Source of the DNA: a bacterium
Lineage (GTDB): Bacteria > Patescibacteriota > Minisyncoccia > Phycocordibacterales > UBA5272
Reading direction: 5' to 3'
Length of the DNA: 64,000 nt
Assembly (NCBI GenBank): GCA_023267535.1
Contig: JAHFNC010000002.1
Location: 119,426-183,425 of the forward strand
Position 1 is the first letter of the stretch. The number at the start of each line of letters is the position of its first letter. The translations under genes and the position numbers were made by a program. This document shows, piece after piece, positions 19,958-28,147 of the stretch. The notes below the pieces were generated by a model. That model ran no database searches. It saw only the letters and a program-made list of their open reading frames with translations, and was not told where the DNA came from.

Positions 19958-20791
19958 ATGTCTTCTCAAGCTATCACTTTAAGAGAGGAGCTAAACACTC
20001 CTTTGATGCAAGCGATATTTGTTTTGTTCTCAGCATCGGTTTTATTTTTACTGACTTGGTTCACTTTCATAAATCACTGGTGGCTGGGATTATTCCCGAG
20101 CATAGCCTCCATATGTTTATCCTTTCGGCGCGTCAAAACATATCATCAAGCCCCACTTGAATTTTTCGGAAAATTAACTGGCAACAGTTTTCCAAATGGT
20201 TACTATTTGGTTGCTGGTATTCCAATCGTCGGAGGATTCTTTCAGTTCTTTGGAATATTTCCTTTTTGGACTTTAGGTGAACAAGTTTCAATCAAGTCTA
20301 GATCATTTGCGATTGATTCTTGCATTGGGAGAACCAAAGACGGAGTCTTAGTTATTGCTAGCGCTAAGGGTTCACTTGAAATAACCGAAGTCTCGCGGTT
20401 CAACCTCTTCTCTGACTCGATAGAAAATGTCGTCACCGGAAAAGTTTTAGGGAGAATGCTTAAGACATTAAGAGATAACACCAGAGGTGAACTTTTTGGT
20501 CACAGCTTCAGATATCCAGCTACTGGTGAGCTTATGGATATGTCTGGAAATAAAACTGGATCAAAAGCTGGGTTTGTCATCACTTCTGTCAGAGAATTCA
20601 CCGAGTCTATTCAGTCTCTTTACGATACCGTCGCCTCATCAGGCGGAAGGCGAGAAATGCTCGAGCAGTTTTCGAAAGAGATTGATAAGCTAAAGAGAGA
20701 TCATCCAAATTCTTCGGACCAGCAAATTCTTTCTCTTTACCTTGCTTCAATCGGCAAAGACTCATCTCTGTACTCTATTAAGTTTGAATAA
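19958..20791 (+). CDS. Hypothetical protein with N-terminal TM helices and a soluble C-terminal domain
   Basis: 277 aa ORF with an RBS-like aggaggggatt before the ATG. Confidence 0.45.
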   Translation: MSSQAITLREELNTPLMQAIFVLFSASVLFLLTWFTFINHWWLGLFPSIASICLSFRRVKTYHQAPLEFFGKLTGNSFPNGYYLVAGIPIVGGFFQFFGIFPFWTLGEQVSIKSRSFAIDSCIGRTKDGVLVIASAKGSLEITEVSRFNLFSDSIENVVTGKVLGRMLKTLRDNTRGELFGHSFRYPATGELMDMSGNKTGSKAGFVITSVREFTESIQSLYDTVASSGGRREMLEQFSKEIDKLKRDHPNSSDQQILSLYLASIGKDSSLYSIKFE

Positions 20792-20883
20792 TGTGGTTTG
20801 TTTTCTTTGAAGCCACATACAAAACTTACACGAGTATTACTGTGTATTTTTAAAATCAATATTGTATGTGGTTTTTCTATTTG

Positions 20884-20965
20884 TGCCCAAGGCGGGACTC
20901 GAACCCGCACGCGCTATGCGCCGAGGATTTTAAGTCCTCTATGTCTACCATTCCATCACCCGGGC
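20884..20965 (-). tRNA. tRNA-Leu (anticodon TAA), type II
   Basis: Reverse complement gives gcccggg...ggacuUAAaauc...gggttcgagtccc...cttgggc. Confidence 0.8.
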
Positions 20966-21016
20966 AGGTGTAACAAAATACAATATAACAAATTTTTTCA
21001 ATAAACAAAAAGAATA

Positions 21017-21166
21017 CTTCGTGAGACGCAGGCGGGAGAATCGGTCACGAATAATTTTTTCGCCGTCGCTCAAAAATTTTCTCGACCCCGTCTTGCTCGT
21101 TTTGCTTGCTAGCAAAACATAGCTCCGACCTTCGACTCCCGACAAAAGCCAAACTATTGGCTTTTT
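21017..21166 (-). repeat. tRNA-associated conserved element, tRNA-Cys copy (terminator hairpin, inverted copy of the tRNA-Cys T-arm/3' end, GGGGTCGAGAAAA...GCGACGGCGAA core, 22 bp direct repeat of the tRNA-Cys 3' end)
   Basis: 21017-21038 cttcgtgagacgcaggcgggag equals 21177-21198; 21125-21143 is the reverse complement of cgggagtcgaacc; the core resembles the copies at 34663 and 62737. Confidence 0.6.
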
Positions 21167-21183
21167 CCTTCTCTCACTTCGTG

Positions 21184-21258
21184 AGACGCAGGCGGGAGTC
21201 GAACCCGCGAATGGCGGTTTTGCAAACCGCAGCGTTAGGCCACTTCGCCACTGCGTCT
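21184..21258 (-). tRNA. tRNA-Cys (anticodon GCA)
   Basis: Reverse complement gives agacgca...gcggtuuGCAaaaccgc...cgggttcgactcccg...tgcgtct. Confidence 0.85.
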
Positions 21259-21289
21259 TATTTACTTATTTTATTTTTAATTAATAAAT

Positions 21290-21383
21290 TGCGAACTTTC
21301 TTTATAAACGCTGCGGTTTTAACCGCAGAGATATTTTTAAAATTCGCTTACGCTTATGGACCACTCGCCACTGCGTCTTATTT
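21290..21383 (-). pseudogene. Degenerate partial second copy of tRNA-Cys (5' half plus an anticodon-arm-like hairpin)
   Basis: 18-mer cgccactgcgtcttattt at 21366-21383 equals 21246-21263; acgctgcggttttaaccgcag resembles the anticodon arm; no T-arm or 3' end. Confidence 0.5.
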
Positions 21384-21461
21384 TAATAAGTAGCTTACAA
21401 TGAAATATATTATCACATCTAGAAATATATTTCATTGCGTGATATAGTATTTGTCATTAAT

Positions 21462-21537
21462 GCCCTTATAGCTCAGCTGGTAGAGCAGCTGCCTCTTAAG
21501 CAGACGGTCGTAGGTTCGATCCCTACTGAGGGCACCA
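21462..21537 (+). tRNA. tRNA-Lys (anticodon CTT), CCA encoded
   Basis: gccctta...gctcagctggtagagc...cuCUUaa...ggttcgatccc...tgagggcacca. Confidence 0.85.
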
Positions 21538-21562
21538 ATTCGTGCTAGCACGAGAAACAAAA

Positions 21563-22090
21563 ATGAATAGACATCTTATTAAACTTCTAAAAGATAAAAA
21601 TATTCTTAAATCTGGGAATTTTATTTTAAGAAGTGGAAAACAGTCAGATTATTATTGTGATATTAAAGAAGCACTTGGATATCCAGAAGTTTTAAATATG
21701 TTGGTGACTGAATTAATAAAATTAGTGCCAACTAACGCTACGTGTATTGCGGGTTGTGGATACGGAGGAATAACTTTAGCTTCATTAGTTGCTTACAAAA
21801 AGAAAATACCGTTAGTACTGGTGAGGGATAAAATTAAAAACCACGGTACTAAAAAAATAATTGACGGATACACTCCAAACAAAAAAGATGTTGTTTGTAT
21901 CATTGATGACGTGTTTACAACTGGAAGCAGCATTAAAGATACTAAAGAAAAACTGGCGTATTTAAAATCAAAATTCACTAAGCCTGTAGTTGTTTTAAAC
22001 AGATCAAGAAAATCAGTAGTTATAAGTATTTTGACTGACAAAAATTTATCTGGGAAAAACACCTCACTGAGAACACAAATTAAATATTAA
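21563..22090 (+). CDS. pyrE: Type I phosphoribosyltransferase, orotate phosphoribosyltransferase-like
   Basis: PRPP-binding motif VVCIIDDVFTTGSS; about 175 aa; the start was moved to MNRHLIK. Confidence 0.6.
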   Translation: MNRHLIKLLKDKNILKSGNFILRSGKQSDYYCDIKEALGYPEVLNMLVTELIKLVPTNATCIAGCGYGGITLASLVAYKKKIPLVLVRDKIKNHGTKKIIDGYTPNKKDVVCIIDDVFTTGSSIKDTKEKLAYLKSKFTKPVVVLNRSRKSVVISILTDKNLSGKNTSLRTQIKY

Positions 22091-22760
22091 ATTCTTTTGG
22101 TATTTCTGTTTCTATTAAATATTTTTTATCATTCAAGATAAATTCTATCTTTTGAGCATGGAGCATTAATCTCTGATTATCAATTATTGTTCCGTAAATT
22201 TTATCTCCAATTATAGGGTGTTTAATATATTTCATATGAGCTCTTAATTGATGAGTTCTTCCAGTTATCGGATTTAGTTCTACTAGAGTATTTCCATTTT
22301 TATTTCCTAAAACTTTTACATTGGTTATTGCTTCTCTTAATTCACCTCTTAAATTTGTCGGATTTGCAACTTGTCTATAATTTTTCTTTTCTCTTCCGAG
22401 TGGTGCGTTTATTACAAATTCATTATCATTTATAATTCCTTCAACTAGAGCTATGTAAGTCTTTTTTATTTGTCTTTCTTTAAAAAAACTTTTAAGACTA
22501 TCAAAAGTTTTTTGATTTTTTGCAACTAAAATTATACCGCTAGTATCCCTGTCTAATTTATGAACTAATCCTCCAAGATTTATTATTCTTCCATCTTGTA
22601 ATTTCTTTTCATTACTAATATCAAAAGTTTGTGGATATTTTTCTTTTAGATAATCGAGAAGTGTTTCTTCGCTAGAATAATCAAAAGGATGAACAACTAA
22701 ACCGGCAGGTTTGTTGAAAGCTACGACGTTGTCATCTTCAAAAGAAATGGGTAAATTCAT
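22080..22760 (-). CDS. RluA-family pseudouridine synthase
   Basis: Catalytic motif HKLDRDTSGIILVAKN. Confidence 0.8.
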   Translation of the reverse strand: MNLPISFEDDNVVAFNKPAGLVVHPFDYSSEETLLDYLKEKYPQTFDISNEKKLQDGRIINLGGLVHKLDRDTSGIILVAKNQKTFDSLKSFFKERQIKKTYIALVEGIINDNEFVINAPLGREKKNYRQVANPTNLRGELREAITNVKVLGNKNGNTLVELNPITGRTHQLRAHMKYIKHPIIGDKIYGTIIDNQRLMLHAQKIEFILNDKKYLIETEIPKEFNI

Positions 22761-22807
22761 ACTCGCACTTTATCATATTTTGATGTATAATCTCTAGACA
22801 TAAATAA

Positions 22808-22870
22808 GCCCAGGTGGCGAAATTGGCAAGAAGACAACTGTGCACTTGCCGTAGCAAGTAAGTTGTCTTC
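22808..22870 (+). pseudogene. Decayed partial copy of tRNA-Leu-TAG fused to a terminator-like hairpin
   Basis: gcccaggtggcgaaattgg (22808-22826) is identical to the first 19 nt of the tRNA at 22920; followed by cacttgccgtagcaagt (anticodon-arm-like) inside the hairpin gaagacaact...agttgtcttc plus a T-run. Confidence 0.5.
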
Positions 22871-22919
22871 TTTTTAAAATCAGTCAACTGTGTTAGTTTA
22901 AAATAAAAAATAAATACAA

Positions 22920-23001
22920 GCCCAGGTGGCGAAATTGGTAGACGCACTTGCCTTAGGAGCAAGCGCCGTAAGGCATGAAGGTTCAAGTCCTTTCCTGGGC
23001 A
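22920..23001 (+). tRNA. tRNA-Leu (anticodon TAG), type II
   Basis: gcccagg...cttgccuUAGgagcaag...long variable arm...ggttcaagtcc...cctgggca. Confidence 0.85.
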
Positions 23002-23233
23002 CATCAATAGAAAAATACAGACTTTCCAGTCTGTGTTTTTCTATTGACTGTGTCTCTGTAGAAGAAAGCCAACTGCTTGGCTTTCGTAAGGACTTGAATA
23101 CGGGGTCGCGAAACTACTTCGAGCGGAGCGAGGAGTTTCGTGACCAAGCCATTTCGAAAAGATTCCTTTCCTAAAATAAAAAGATATGTTTCGTGACTAA
23201 GTCTTTAGTATATATCTTTAATAAGAAAAGAAA

Positions 23234-23262
23234 AAAGCGGAACCGCATGCGGTCCCGCTTTG
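23234..23262 (-). terminator. Intrinsic terminator of the GC-rich island gene
   Basis: Minus strand reads aaagcgggaccgcatgcggttccgc followed by a T-run. Confidence 0.6.
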
Positions 23263-23298
23263 TATTTGTGTGTCGCATTGCACGACACGAAAGAACTG

Positions 23299-24954
23299 TT
23301 AGGCCGAAGCCTGTTGTGTGATTGAAGGAAGATCACCAATCTCACGGAGCTTAGCGCGAAGATATTCGCGTAGCTCTTTTCCGGGTAGACCAGTCTCTTC
23401 CATCTTCAGATGGCCGAGCTTGATGAACGGCCGGTAATTGCTAAGCGCGTGACCTTCTGGTGCCGAGACCACTTTGGCAAACCAAATGGAATCATGCGAC
23501 CAACACTTGAACACCACGCCGTCGTTACACTTCCAGTGGCCGTAACTTGCGGTCAGGAAGCCCTTGGCGAGTGGCTTCTCCTTGAGATAGGCGATTTTGT
23601 CAATCCTTTCTCCGTCACTTGCTACGAGCGTAAGGCGAGGAGACTTGCCATATTGCGGTGCAGCAATGTTGTGATGCACTGGCGTTAAGGCAGGAGTTGA
23701 TGCTTTCTTGAAGGACTTCACCACTCCGTTCGCTATGAGCTTGGATTGGATATGTCCGACCAGCGCAACAATCTTGCCGTAGTCTTTGCTACGTTGCAAG
23801 GAAGTTATGTCATCGGCTACCCATTTGGATAAAATGGAAAAACCAGATTCGACTCCGTGTTTCTTGAGATCGTGGTCGACTTCAATTTTCACGACTTCGA
23901 TTTGCTGATTGCCGAGAGAACCGAACAACTTCACAATTACGCCACCAAGGTCGTAAAAACCAATCTGGCTGTGAAGCATGTCGCTAAGCGGGCGATATTT
24001 GTATCCGGTTTCCACCGGTTCATATTTCCTTGTCGGCTTCTCTTCCGACTTAGTCGGCTCTTTTTTGGCAGATAAGCCTTCATCGTCAGCTACCTTGCGG
24101 AGAAACGTCCACAAGGTTTGCTGAGCTTTCTTGCTCACGCCCTCGAGTTTGGATTCGAAGCCTTGATTGCGGAGCTGTCCAATGGTGAGATAGACGCCTG
24201 ATACTTCCGCGTCCATCAGTCCGCTCTCCATCGGGGCGCTACGCACCTTAACGGCTGTAGTAACTCCTGTGCCGACTTTTCTTTCGCAAACTTCGAAAGT
24301 GACACCACGAACTTCGACGAGTCCCAGTCGACTGCCTTCCCAAATGATTCGGGGGGCAGTTGAAGGTTCACGTTCAATCGCTTCTTCGACGGCCGGAATT
24401 TCTTCGAGCATCGTCGTGGTGGCTGTCGTGATTTCGATGGGTTGCCCCATCATTTGTTCACCGTAAATCACCGGCGGCGCGGTCACCAATGCGTTCCGCA
24501 AAAACTTCCAGAAGGCTTCGATTGCGTCTTTCATGTCTTCATCCTTCATTTTGGAAGCGAAGTAGTTCCTTCCGATATGGAAAGAGGGGATTCTGACCCC
24601 CGCTCTCACTCCGGCCAAAGCCAGCGGATGAAACTCAGGAATCCCGTCGGCGACAATGAAGAGAGAATCCTCGGTAGCCTCCTTGAAAAGAGGAAACATA
24701 CCTTTGGAAATCTCCACCCCGTCGACGACATACAGCTCCTTGTCGTAAAGGTTGTTGAAGAGTTGGCCGATGTCATGGCAAAGGTATTCGCCTTTGCGAT
24801 TTTCGGCTCGTTCGCCTTTGGGCGTGTAATCCGGCTTGGGGCCGGCGACGCGCACCTTTTTTTCCTTTTTGACTGGCTTGGGTTTGTCGGTCCCCTTGGT
24901 AGTCTTTGGTTGACCACCACCGTTCTTGGCGCTATCCTTGTATGTTTTTCCCAC
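23299..24954 (-). CDS. Hypothetical 551 aa protein encoded on a GC-rich island (about 55% GC); basic K/P-rich N-terminal tail, then an unrecognised domain
   Basis: Long ORF with a GTG start after ttaggagaaaacc; codon usage and GC are clearly foreign to the flanks; N-terminus MGKTYKDSAKNGGGQPKTTKGTDKPKPVKKEKKVRVAGPKP. Confidence 0.5.
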   Translation of the reverse strand: MGKTYKDSAKNGGGQPKTTKGTDKPKPVKKEKKVRVAGPKPDYTPKGERAENRKGEYLCHDIGQLFNNLYDKELYVVDGVEISKGMFPLFKEATEDSLFIVADGIPEFHPLALAGVRAGVRIPSFHIGRNYFASKMKDEDMKDAIEAFWKFLRNALVTAPPVIYGEQMMGQPIEITTATTTMLEEIPAVEEAIEREPSTAPRIIWEGSRLGLVEVRGVTFEVCERKVGTGVTTAVKVRSAPMESGLMDAEVSGVYLTIGQLRNQGFESKLEGVSKKAQQTLWTFLRKVADDEGLSAKKEPTKSEEKPTRKYEPVETGYKYRPLSDMLHSQIGFYDLGGVIVKLFGSLGNQQIEVVKIEVDHDLKKHGVESGFSILSKWVADDITSLQRSKDYGKIVALVGHIQSKLIANGVVKSFKKASTPALTPVHHNIAAPQYGKSPRLTLVASDGERIDKIAYLKEKPLAKGFLTASYGHWKCNDGVVFKCWSHDSIWFAKVVSAPEGHALSNYRPFIKLGHLKMEETGLPGKELREYLRAKLREIGDLPSITQQASA

Positions 24955-25128
24955 GGTTTTCTCCTAAATTAATGGGTTTATTTCAAAGAACTCACAGTCT
25001 TTGCAAATAGGAAGAGATTTTTTAATTGTTCCCCAGCCTTTATGAAAGATAAATAATATTATACACGAAAACAGCATTTTGTCAAGCAATAAACCATAAT
25101 AAAATAAGGCTTTTTGAGCCCCATTTAT

Positions 25129-25503
25129 CTATTTTTCTCCCTCTTTATCTTTATTTTGTTCCCCAGCCTTACGAAAGATTTCATCCATATATTGTCTCTT
25201 CTTTTCTCCATAATCTAGCTCAACTTCAATGTGTGGTATAACTTTTGTTTCCAGTCTCTTTTTTATAACGTCACGAAGTTCTGAACGCATTCTTTTTGCA
25301 AATGATAAAGCCATCTCTTCTTTATTTTCTGGTAAGACACTTATGAAAAAGGTTGCTCTTCTTAAGTCAGGAGATACTTCGGCATTAGTCACAGTGATAA
25401 GTGAAGCACCAGAAGATTCGCGCTGGAAAAAAGTTTGAGCTACTGATTTTAGCTCAAGAGATACTTGTATCTGTCTTTTGGTTAATGGTTTATTTGCGTC
25501 CAT
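25129..25503 (-). CDS. rbfA: Ribosome-binding factor A
   Basis: About 120 aa and immediately downstream of infB (the nusA-infB-rbfA arrangement); the sequence is consistent with the RbfA KH-like fold. Confidence 0.75.
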   Translation of the reverse strand: MDANKPLTKRQIQVSLELKSVAQTFFQRESSGASLITVTNAEVSPDLRRATFFISVLPENKEEMALSFAKRMRSELRDVIKKRLETKVIPHIEVELDYGEKKRQYMDEIFRKAGEQNKDKEGEK

Positions 25504-25505
25504 GA

Positions 25506-25630
25506 TTTTTGTAATTAAATTGTGTCATCTACTTTGTTGCAGAATCTTACTTGCGCAGTCATCGTACTACGTGTACGACTCCTTTGCAAGTTTTCCGCGC
25601 CTCGTATCTGATACAATTTAATTACAAAAA
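25506..25630. repeat. Intergenic structured repeat family 1, copy D (between infB and rbfA, + orientation while both genes are on the minus strand)
   Basis: Perfect 18 bp outer arms tttttgtaattaaattgt / acaatttaattacaaaaa; core TCATCTACTTTGTTG ... cgtac-tacgt-gtacg ... CCTCGTATCTG. Confidence 0.7.
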
Positions 25631-25647
25631 AGATACTTGGCGTATTA

Positions 25648-27195
25648 TTAAATCTTTAATCTTTCCACCACAAAAGCCTCAAGCATATCTCCTGGAATCA
25701 TTTCGAATTTACTTTCAATAGAAATACCACATTCATTTCCTTCTAAAACTTCTTGAGTTTTTATTTTTTGTGACTGAAGTTCAATTATTTTTCCACGTCC
25801 TAAGTCAGTCCCACGACGAATTATTTTTATGTTTGCTCCATTTTGTATCTTTCCAGACTCAACACGGCCTCCGACAACATGAATTTCTTTTTGAATACTA
25901 AAAGTTTTTAATATTTTAAGAACACCAATAGTAAGCTCTTTTTCTTCAAAAGGTAGACGAGAGTCAACTAAAGTATCAAACCATTCTGTTAATTTGTAAA
26001 TTATATCAAAAATTTGTGGTTCAATTTTAAATCTATCAGCCTGATCTCTAGCCTTGCTCTCCATTTTGATAGCGAATCCTAAGATGACAGCTTTTTCATC
26101 AGATGAGGCGAGCATTATATCTCCCTCAGAAATATTTCCAACGCCTTCGCTAATTATTTTTATTTTAATATCATCGGTTTCCGTTTTCTTTATTTCTCTT
26201 TTTATAGCATCTAATGAACCCAAAGAGTCTGTTTTTATTACAACAGGAATTACAACTTTTGCATTTCTATAAATCTTTGGATCAACAACTTCTTTAACTT
26301 GTTCATTTTTTGTTTCTTGTTGAAGACGTTCTATTTCCTTTTTGTCAGAAGATGATATGAATATTGTTCCAGCAGGTGGTATAACATCAAAGCCAGTTAC
26401 CTTTATAGCTTGTCCACGATGCGCTCCCTTGATTGGTCTTCCAGCAAAATCTTCAATAATACGAATAGGGGACATTGATACTCCAGCCAAAATTGCACCA
26501 GAGCTAGCCAGTGTTCCATCTTTTATAACAAGCGTTGCCGAAACTCCTCTTTTACTGTCAACAAAACTTTCAAGTACATAACCTGTGGCATCAGCTTTTT
26601 CATTTGATTTAATATCGCTCATTTCTGCCAAGATAAGAAGAGTTTCAATTAAGTTATCAATTCCAGTTCCGACTTTGGCAGAAATTTCTACGCAAGGAAT
26701 GTCTCCGCCGTAACCTTCAATATAAATCCCATTTTCTACGAGAGAGTTTTTAGTTTTTTGTATGTCAGCATTTGGTTTATCAATTTTATTGATAGCCACA
26801 ATAAATGGAATTTTTCTTTCGCTTATAGTTTTAAAGCTTTCAATGGTTTGCTCCTTCACTGCATCTTCGGCAGAAACAATTAAAATGGCGATGTCGGCAA
26901 TTTCTGCCCCTCTTTCACGCATTGATTGAAAAGCCTCATGGCCTGGAGTATCTAGAAAAGTTATTTTTTTAATTTCGCCAGTTGGTGTTTTATGAGCCAC
27001 TTCATAAGCGCTTATACATTGAGTGATGCCACCAGCTTCTCCGTCAACTACATTTGACTTACGAATAAAATCAAGAAGAGAAGACTTTCCGTGATCAACA
27101 TGACCTAAAACAGCCACGACCGGTTGGACTTCTTCTGTAGAAACTATTTTATTTTCTACTTCTTTTGACATAAAATAATTACACCATGATACCAC
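25648..27195 (-). CDS. infB: Translation initiation factor IF-2 (short form lacking the long N-terminal region)
   Basis: G-domain AVLGHVDHGKSSLLD, DTPGHEAF, NKID; a C-terminal beta-barrel domain follows. Confidence 0.9.
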   Translation of the reverse strand: MVSWCNYFMSKEVENKIVSTEEVQPVVAVLGHVDHGKSSLLDFIRKSNVVDGEAGGITQCISAYEVAHKTPTGEIKKITFLDTPGHEAFQSMRERGAEIADIAILIVSAEDAVKEQTIESFKTISERKIPFIVAINKIDKPNADIQKTKNSLVENGIYIEGYGGDIPCVEISAKVGTGIDNLIETLLILAEMSDIKSNEKADATGYVLESFVDSKRGVSATLVIKDGTLASSGAILAGVSMSPIRIIEDFAGRPIKGAHRGQAIKVTGFDVIPPAGTIFISSSDKKEIERLQQETKNEQVKEVVDPKIYRNAKVVIPVVIKTDSLGSLDAIKREIKKTETDDIKIKIISEGVGNISEGDIMLASSDEKAVILGFAIKMESKARDQADRFKIEPQIFDIIYKLTEWFDTLVDSRLPFEEKELTIGVLKILKTFSIQKEIHVVGGRVESGKIQNGANIKIIRRGTDLGRGKIIELQSQKIKTQEVLEGNECGISIESKFEMIPGDMLEAFVVERLKI

Positions 27196-27264
27196 GAAAA
27201 TCAGTCTTTAGCTATTGCCAGCAAGATAAAAGGTGCTAAAAATAATTATTTTATTAACGACTGT

Positions 27265-27765
27265 TTAATGTTTCGCGACTGAAGATTTTTTGCTTTCGGT
27301 TTTACTTTTTTCTATAACTTCTTTTTCTTCGTCTGTTAAGTCGTATTCCGATGTAAATTTATTTATTGGTTTTGCAAAGACGCTGATTCTATCTCTGTTG
27401 TGAAGGGAAGAAATAACAACACCGTCACCTTTCTCGTTTATAAATGAAGTTGAGAAACTTTGGTTGGAGCTTCCACTTTCAAAAGCTTTGTATCTAATGG
27501 TTGAAGTATTTCTAATACTTTCAGAAACTCTTTCTTCAAGAGAAATAGAATGCTTGGCGATAAGTTCATTTTTTTCTTTCAATTCTTCTACCTGTTTTAT
27601 ACAGTTGTGAATTATATCTTCTAAACTTTTAGCATCTTGTCCTTTTGTAAATTTACTAATTTTGTTCCACAAGAAAATATTTATGATAAGAAGGATTATA
27701 GTTAGAAAAAATACAAAAGCCAGAGTGAATGGATTAGTTTCTAGTGATAAGAATAATTGCATCAA
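27265..27765 (-). CDS. DUF4446-like membrane-anchored protein
   Basis: N-terminal TM; IRYKAFESGSSNQSFSTSFINEKGDGVVISSLHNRDRISVFAKPI resembles the DUF4446 signature. Confidence 0.45.
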   Translation of the reverse strand: MMQLFLSLETNPFTLAFVFFLTIILLIINIFLWNKISKFTKGQDAKSLEDIIHNCIKQVEELKEKNELIAKHSISLEERVSESIRNTSTIRYKAFESGSSNQSFSTSFINEKGDGVVISSLHNRDRISVFAKPINKFTSEYDLTDEEKEVIEKSKTESKKSSVAKH

Positions 27766-27879
27766 ATAATTTTAACACAAGAATTAAATAGGGGTGTTGG
27801 TAAGTTATTACTTGTAATCCGTCGCACCTATGATAGGATGAAGTCTTTCTTTATTAACCTTCATTAAGGAGACATAACG

Positions 27880-28047
27880 TATGCATTTTGTTCACCAAGA
27901 AAGTCACAGTCCTAGCAGTCTCAGGCATAGATATCTTAGGCAAGTTGCTCTTGATAGAGCGCAGGCGACAAAAGGAAAAAATGAGGAAGAAAATGCTCTT
28001 TCTGGGGAAATATCCGAAAATAAGGAAATTATTACCGAAAAGGAATA
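27880..28047 (+). CDS. Possible small hydrophilic protein (55 aa), below the ORF-track cutoff
   Basis: Strong SD taaggag 8 nt before the ATG at 27880; ends before the palindrome aaagcgcgcttttttt. Confidence 0.25.
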
Positions 28048-28113
28048 GTTTTTTAGGAAGTATTAAAGGCGTAGCTTGAAAAGCGCGCTTTTTTTGTTGT
28101 GTATAACTGACAC

Positions 28114-28141
28114 TTGACAAAAACCAAGTATCTGCTACAAT
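28114..28141 (+). promoter_or_regulatory. Near-consensus sigma-70 promoter (TTGACA, 16 nt spacer, TACAAT)
   Basis: ttgacaaaaaccaagtatctgctacaat read directly from the sequence. Confidence 0.6.
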
Positions 28142-28147
28142 GTAGTT

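Noticed and set aside
21106-21393. ORFs 21106-21393, 20945-21145, 20798-21004 and 34557-34805 overlapping tRNA genes and the repeat elements
   Set aside because: They run through tRNA genes and hairpins and have no RBS. They are non-coding.
20884-23003. Integrated prophage or ICE at the tRNA cluster
   Set aside because: No integrase, recombinase, transposase or phage structural genes are present. The tRNA-end duplications enclose only about 150 bp of non-coding sequence.
23410-24972. Plus-strand ORFs 23410-23688, 23857-24075, 24269-24466 and 24442-24972, and minus-strand ORF 24606-24920, inside the GC-rich island
   Set aside because: High GC keeps alternative frames open. The single 551 aa minus-strand ORF spans the whole island with an SD and a terminator.
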